Below are positions 59,208-64,000 of a stretch of DNA of 64,000 nt, in pieces. Both the position numbers and the translations under genes were made by a program. The stretch's first letter is position 1, and each line of letters starts with the position of its first letter. Where the stretch lies: the NCBI GenBank assembly GCA_963611795.1, contig CAVDSZ010000001.1, positions 147,501 to 211,500 on the forward strand, read 5' to 3'. The DNA comes from Akkermansia muciniphila (lineage in GTDB: Bacteria > Bacillota > Clostridia > Oscillospirales > CAG-272). The notes below the pieces were generated by a model. It did not search any database and was not told where the DNA came from. It saw only the letters and a program-made list of their open reading frames with translations.

Positions 59208-59864
59208 TCAGTCGTCGGTGCGTCTGAGTTCCATATAGAGGAACGGCAGGCTCGTGTCCGTTGGGAGCGGCGCAAGATAGTTGCCCTCTTCGAGCGGCGG
59301 ATCGCCTTTCTGCCGGAGCCACAACGCAAGGTCTTCGAGGTCCGTCATCGAGTAGAGCCCCGAGACGGAGAACCTGACGTCTTCCGGCACCGGGTCGGGG
59401 TCACTCGCCCGTTCGAAGAAAATGCAATCGTACACGCGGTATGTCCGCGTGGTGTCATCGAGGGGGAGGAGCAGTTGTGTCTCTTTTGCGCTTTTCAGCG
59501 CCGCAAAGGTGCTGTCGGAGACAGGAAACGTGATGAGGGGGAACTGACGCTCTGTGAGCGGGAAAACCTGATTCGGGACGGAATCATCGCATTTATAATG
59601 GACGCGGTAGAAGCGTTTTTCCTCTGCGGTGGCGTCGGCATGGTGGCACGCTACCATGAGAGATCCCCAGGCTTCTCGGCTGAAGCGGGCGACCCGCAGA
59701 TTGTCGAGCAGGGGCGCACCCCGCCCGGATTCCTGATGTTCCCAGGCGGAGAAACGGTAGCCGTGTGCCTTGATCTCTTGTTTGATCGCGGCGTTTGTCG
59801 CGCGATCAATGTCCGCCGAGCGGTAATGGTCGTCATACGCGACCCAGTCGATGACTTTTGCCAT
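59208..59864 (-). CDS. Hypothetical protein
   Basis: 218 aa from the ATG at 59864 (GGGGAGG SD). Composition is coding-like. No family recognised. Confidence 0.55.
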   Translation of the reverse strand: MAKVIDWVAYDDHYRSADIDRATNAAIKQEIKAHGYRFSAWEHQESGRGAPLLDNLRVARFSREAWGSLMVACHHADATAEEKRFYRVHYKCDDSVPNQVFPLTERQFPLITFPVSDSTFAALKSAKETQLLLPLDDTTRTYRVYDCIFFERASDPDPVPEDVRFSVSGLYSMTDLEDLALWLRQKGDPPLEEGNYLAPLPTDTSLPFLYMELRRTDD

Positions 59865-59989
59865 GATTGATGCCTCCCCGCCGCGTTTCCCCAGCTGTAC
59901 GGTTCCATTGTATTGTGAAACGGGGAGAAAGTCAATGTTCGATAGCAATTTTCGAGGCACTCTTTACGCAAATCTCCCAAAATCACAAG

Positions 59990-60038
59990 AAAGCACCCCG
60001 AAATGGGGTGCCTTTTTGTTGGCGGAGAAGGAGGGATT
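59990..60038 (-). repeat. Second, partial copy of the tRNA-Ser 3' end plus its downstream terminator hairpin
   Basis: aaagcaccccgaaatggggtgcctttttgttggcggagaaggagggatt aligns with 60202..60250 at about 45/49 positions. The last 19 nt equal the 3' end of the intact tRNA-Ser. Weaker similarity (about 25/35) continues into the T and variable arm region. Confidence 0.75.
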
Positions 60039-60231
60039 ATCACGCCCGCGCAGGCAACCAAGCCCTCGGTGCGATGACGGTTGTCCTCGCCCCGAGGGCA
60101 AGGTTTTCCTGCTTGTCGCACGTCAAAATCCGTTCACCGAAAGGATTTTGACGGCTCCCCCGCGCCGCCGTCGCTCGGGTTCAAATCCTCTCAAATACAA
60201 AAAAGCACCCCGAAAATGAGGTGCTTTTTTG

Positions 60232-60322
60232 TGGCGGAGAAGGAGGGATTTGAACCCTCGCGCCGGTTACCCGGCCTACACCCTTAGCAGGGGCGCCTCT
60301 TCGGCCTCTTGAGTACTTCTCC
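60232..60322 (-). tRNA. tRNA-Ser (anticodon GCU)
   Basis: 91 nt on the minus strand: GGAGAAG acceptor, anticodon loop CUGCUAA, long variable arm GGCCGGGUAACCGGC, T arm GAGGGUUCAAAUCCCUC, and encoded CCA. Confidence 0.9.
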
Positions 60323-60358
60323 AAAAGTAGCAGGCGCCTCTTCACAGCCTGCCGGATT

Positions 60359-60387
60359 ATTATACTAAAAGGGGCGGGGAATGTCAA
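60359..60387 (-). promoter_or_regulatory. Sigma-A promoter for tRNA-Ser
   Basis: Minus strand reads TTGACA (60387-60382), 17-nt spacer, TATAAT (60364-60359), about 35 nt upstream of the mature 5' end. Confidence 0.7.
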
Positions 60388-60520
60388 TAGATTTCGGCAA
60401 AAAAGCAGAGCGGCGGAGATAACCCGCGCATAACGGTCATATCGCTGTCTTGATGAGGGTGGCGGGGGTGCGATGCCGTCCGCCCCGCCGATGAACCGTT
60501 TTGACGGATTGGTAGTGAAA

Positions 60521-60549
60521 ATCCCCCGCGCCGAAATGGCGCGGGGGAT
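60521..60549 (-). terminator. Terminator of the collagen-like protein gene
   Basis: 12-bp stem ATCCCCCGCGCC / GGCGCGGGGGAT with loop GAAAT, about 20 nt after the stop. Confidence 0.7.
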
Positions 60550-60568
60550 GTGCTAAGGGGAAAGTGGA

Positions 60569-61490
<922 letters not shown>

Positions 61491-61606
61491 TGAAATATCC
61501 TTTCCATATAGATAACCGCAAGTTTTCTGGAAAACTTGCACCTTTATCCGGGATATCGGAAGATTGCTCTCCCTAATGACAGGATATGCGGCTTTCACGT
61601 GACAAG

Positions 61607-62674
61607 TTAACTTTCCTGCCCAAAATACCGCCGGTTGTACAGTACGGCGGGCGCATGAGGACGCAGTCTAGCGGCTTCCTCATTGCATTGCATTGCTTTT
61701 TCACGCTCACCGAGCCGATCATAGCAAACGCATAGACCGAGCAGAGGCGCGAACCCGATGAGTGTCTCGTCTTGGAATCCGCGGGGATTTCCCGCGTCTC
61801 CTGCCTCCAGCGCGGCGCGAAACCAGAAGATGGCGCCCCTCCAATCTTCAACCCCCGAGAGCAATTCGCCGATTTCGGTACACACTTCCGCGCGTGGGGA
61901 ACCGTATAAAAACGTGCGGGTATAGGCCGCCATGGCACCCTCACGGTCATCGGCACGAATTGCGATAGCGGCGAGGAGGCGGCAGGCATCAATCTTGTTT
62001 TCCGTCCAGGCGGCGGGATGATGCAGGAAGGCGGTCAGGACATTGGTTGCTTCGCGGTCGCGCCTGTGATAAAAGAGTTCGCGCCCCCAGTAAAAAAGAT
62101 CGCGCGGCGAAGCGGGGTCACCGCGCTTCATATGTGTTTCGTAGATACGCAGGTTGCGGTCGGAATAGGAGGTCTTGATACTTTTGTGCGTGACGGCGAT
62201 GTCCGAAATTTCCTCGCCTCCTGTGTAGGTGAGTACCTCGTGCACATAGCCCTCCCAGCGGTGCGGTAGCGCGCGGCGGATTAGACGCTCACGCAGAAAG
62301 GTGAAGATTGCTTTGTCGTCCTCGTCGAACGCTGTCTCATACGGCATCATCACGACATCGGTCGTGGGCGTCAAGCGGTTTTTCAGGGCGAGGAACTTTT
62401 TTCGGTTTTCCTCTGTCAGCACGTCATCGGCGTCCAACCAGAAAAGGAAATCCGAGGTAGCGTGGGAAAAGGAATCATTCCTCGCGGCGGCAAAATCGTC
62501 ACACCAGGGGAAATCAAAAACACGAGCGCCATGGTCGGCGGCAATTTTCTTTGTCGCGTCACGACTGCCGGTGTCGGTCACGATGATCTCATCGAACAGT
62601 CCGGCAACACTGTCGAGGCATCGCCCGAGTACAGTTTCCTCATCGCGAACAATCATGCAAAGCGAAACGGTCAT
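61607..62674 (-). CDS. Family 2 glycosyltransferase fused to TPR repeats
   Basis: The N-terminal GT-A domain begins MTVSLCMIVRDEE and has the DxD motif WLDADD. The C-terminal half is TPR-like. GAGAGGAG SD precedes the start. It lies directly upstream of the collagen-like gene on the same strand. Confidence 0.85.
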   Translation of the reverse strand: MTVSLCMIVRDEETVLGRCLDSVAGLFDEIIVTDTGSRDATKKIAADHGARVFDFPWCDDFAAARNDSFSHATSDFLFWLDADDVLTEENRKKFLALKNRLTPTTDVVMMPYETAFDEDDKAIFTFLRERLIRRALPHRWEGYVHEVLTYTGGEEISDIAVTHKSIKTSYSDRNLRIYETHMKRGDPASPRDLFYWGRELFYHRRDREATNVLTAFLHHPAAWTENKIDACRLLAAIAIRADDREGAMAAYTRTFLYGSPRAEVCTEIGELLSGVEDWRGAIFWFRAALEAGDAGNPRGFQDETLIGFAPLLGLCVCYDRLGEREKAMQCNEEAARLRPHAPAVLYNRRYFGQES

Positions 62675-62803
62675 AAGTGACTCCTCTCACGGCAGGATAT
62701 GCGAGGCGCCGCATGGCTGCTCTTGGCAAGTCGGGAAATCCGTGTTAGAATAGGAACGAAAAAACAAAAGAGCGCCGACACAAGTCGGCGGCGGGAGCGC
62801 AAA

Positions 62804-63130
62804 ATGAAAATATTACCGGGGAAATACAGGCACTTTAAGGGAGGTCTCTACGAGGTCATCGGGGTGGCGCACCATTCAGAAACACTTGAAGAAATGGTGG
62901 TTTATCGTGCGTTGTACGGCGAGGGCGGACTTTGGGTACGTCCCGCCGCCATGTGGAACGAGACGGTCACGCGGGACGGGGTATCGTACCGACGTTTTAC
63001 GCCGGTGACGGGAAGCGACGCGGCGCGTGAGGTAGAAACAGAGAACAATGCGCGGGAAACGCATGAGGCAGATGCGACCGCGGGGGACGGAGTGACCGGG
63101 TGCCCCCGGGGCGGAGGTGAACGACCGTGA
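62804..63130 (+). CDS. DUF1653 domain protein
   Basis: 108 aa from the ATG at 62804 (GGGAG SD). Family pattern YRHFKGGLYEVIGVAHHSETLEEMVVYRALYGEGGLWVRP. Confidence 0.75.
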   Translation: MKILPGKYRHFKGGLYEVIGVAHHSETLEEMVVYRALYGEGGLWVRPAAMWNETVTRDGVSYRRFTPVTGSDAAREVETENNARETHEADATAGDGVTGCPRGGGERP

Positions 63131-63807
63131 CGCCGACAGACTATACCGACGCGCTCCGCGCCCTGGCGGACCCCGCCTACGCCGCCTTTCAGTCGGCGCT
63201 AATCCCGAACATCGCACGGGAGCGCGTGCTCGGCGTGCGTATGCCCGCGCTGCACGCACTGTCGAAACAGCTTTCCTCGGATGACGGGAAGGAGGATTTT
63301 TACGCGTCTCTGCCGCACACCTATTACGACGAGGACAACCTGCACGGGTGCCTCGTTGCCGAGGAGCATGATTTTGAACGTGTCATCGGGCTTCTGGACG
63401 CATTCCTGCCGTATATCGACAACTGGGCAACCTGTGACCTGCTTTCGCCCGTCGCCTTCCGTCGGCGGCAGACGGCACTCCTGCCCCATATCCGCCGCTG
63501 GATGTCATCGCCGCACGTTTATACCTGCCGTTTCGGGATCCTGAATCTGATGCGGTACTACCTGGACGAAGCGTTTCGCGAGGAGTATCTCGCGTGGGTC
63601 GCCGCAATCCCGACAGAGGAATACTATCTGGAAACCATGGTTGCGTGGTATTTTGCGACGGCGCTCGCCAAGCAGTATGAAGCGGCATTACCGTACATAG
63701 CGGAACGGCGTCTCGCCGACGGGGCACACCGACGTGCCATTTGCAAAGCCTGCGAGAGTTACCGGCTGACAGAAAAACGGAAAAACGAACTCCGAAGGCT
63801 ACGCTAA
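63127..63807 (+). CDS. DNA alkylation repair protein (AlkD-like HEAT-repeat family)
   Basis: 226 aa whose GTG start overlaps the previous stop (GTGA). Family pattern ...GVRMPALHALSK...DNLHGCLVAE...NWATCDLL. Confidence 0.8.
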   Translation: MTPTDYTDALRALADPAYAAFQSALIPNIARERVLGVRMPALHALSKQLSSDDGKEDFYASLPHTYYDEDNLHGCLVAEEHDFERVIGLLDAFLPYIDNWATCDLLSPVAFRRRQTALLPHIRRWMSSPHVYTCRFGILNLMRYYLDEAFREEYLAWVAAIPTEEYYLETMVAWYFATALAKQYEAALPYIAERRLADGAHRRAICKACESYRLTEKRKNELRRLR

Positions 63808-63811
63808 AACA

Positions 63812-63839
63812 GGGCGGAGCCGTAAAATCGGCTCCGCCC
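63812..63839. terminator. Bidirectional terminator
   Basis: 11-bp stem GGGCGGAGCCG / CGGCTCCGCCC with loop TAAAAT. Confidence 0.7.
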
Positions 63840-63895
63840 CGAATATGTGACGGCGCAGGGAAGCGCGTTGGTGAGATAGCGTCGGTGTTCTGTAT

Positions 63896-64000
63896 TTATT
63901 TCGCGTCCTCGCCTTGCAGCGCGTCAAACCAAAGTGCTTTGGCGAAGCGGTAGCCGCCGTGTGTGTTCGCTTCCGTATAATGATGCTCGGCACCTTTGGA
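63896..64000 (-). CDS. 3' end of an unidentified gene running in from beyond the window edge
   Basis: The minus frame reads ...SKGAEHHYTEANTHGGYRFAKALWFDALQGEDAK* with TAA at 63898-63896. Only 34 codons are visible. Confidence 0.3.
   Translation of the reverse strand, partial: SKGAEHHYTEANTHGGYRFAKALWFDALQGEDAK

Noticed and set aside
60168-60195. Plus-strand GGGTTCAAATCC, which looks like a tRNA T-loop and suggests a second, oppositely oriented tRNA.
   Set aside because: The flanking bases cannot form a T stem (TCGGG vs CCTCT), and no acceptor or anticodon arms can be drawn. I treat it as a degenerate tRNA-derived fragment within the scar, not a gene.

Overview
A visibly GC-rich chromosomal window that reads like a spore-forming Clostridia genome (Oscillospiraceae/Ruminococcaceae-like). 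That guess rests only on gene content and regulatory RNA types. I call about 57 protein genes, 1 tRNA, 1 multi-frameshifted pseudogene, a Trp T-box leader and a THF riboswitch. I see no CRISPR array, rRNA, transposase, integrase or phage structural genes. Housekeeping content: (1) a citrate-synthase-like fragment, aconitase and isocitrate dehydrogenase; (2) aroK; (3) a complete agmatine deiminase operon (ptcA-aguD-aguA-arcC); (4) trkH-trkA; (5) cysK and mnmA; (6) tex and serC; (7) a minus-strand run of pfkB-kinase, miaA, galactokinase-like, recA, recX and type III glutamine synthetase; (8) rimP-nusA-ylxR-ylxQ-infB; (9) coaW; (10) THF riboswitch-folT-folC; (11) pcrA. Items worth a second look: (a) an unlisted 57-codon Gln/Asn-repeat microprotein gene with its own SD and terminator (51229..51402); (b) a translationally coupled pair of a duplicated CxxC...CxxHF zinc-type protein and a membrane-spanning Rad50/SbcC-like ATPase with no nuclease partner (40757..43776), behind a long repeat-bearing leader; (c) a BclA-like collagen-repeat protein with a GT2-TPR glycosyltransferase next to it (60569..62674); (d) a decayed partial second copy of tRNA-Ser plus its terminator beside the intact tRNA-Ser (59990..60250); (e) a solute-binding-domain/GGDEF gene broken by about five frameshifts while every neighbouring gene is intact, coupled to an orphan Hpt protein; (f) a Trp-specific T-box controlling a stand-alone TrpB2. 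Many long ORFs in the supplied track are antisense or alternate-frame shadows typical of high-GC DNA and were rejected. Several real genes were trimmed to internal starts that have Shine-Dalgarno sequences. All family assignments come from motif recognition and recall. No database search was run.
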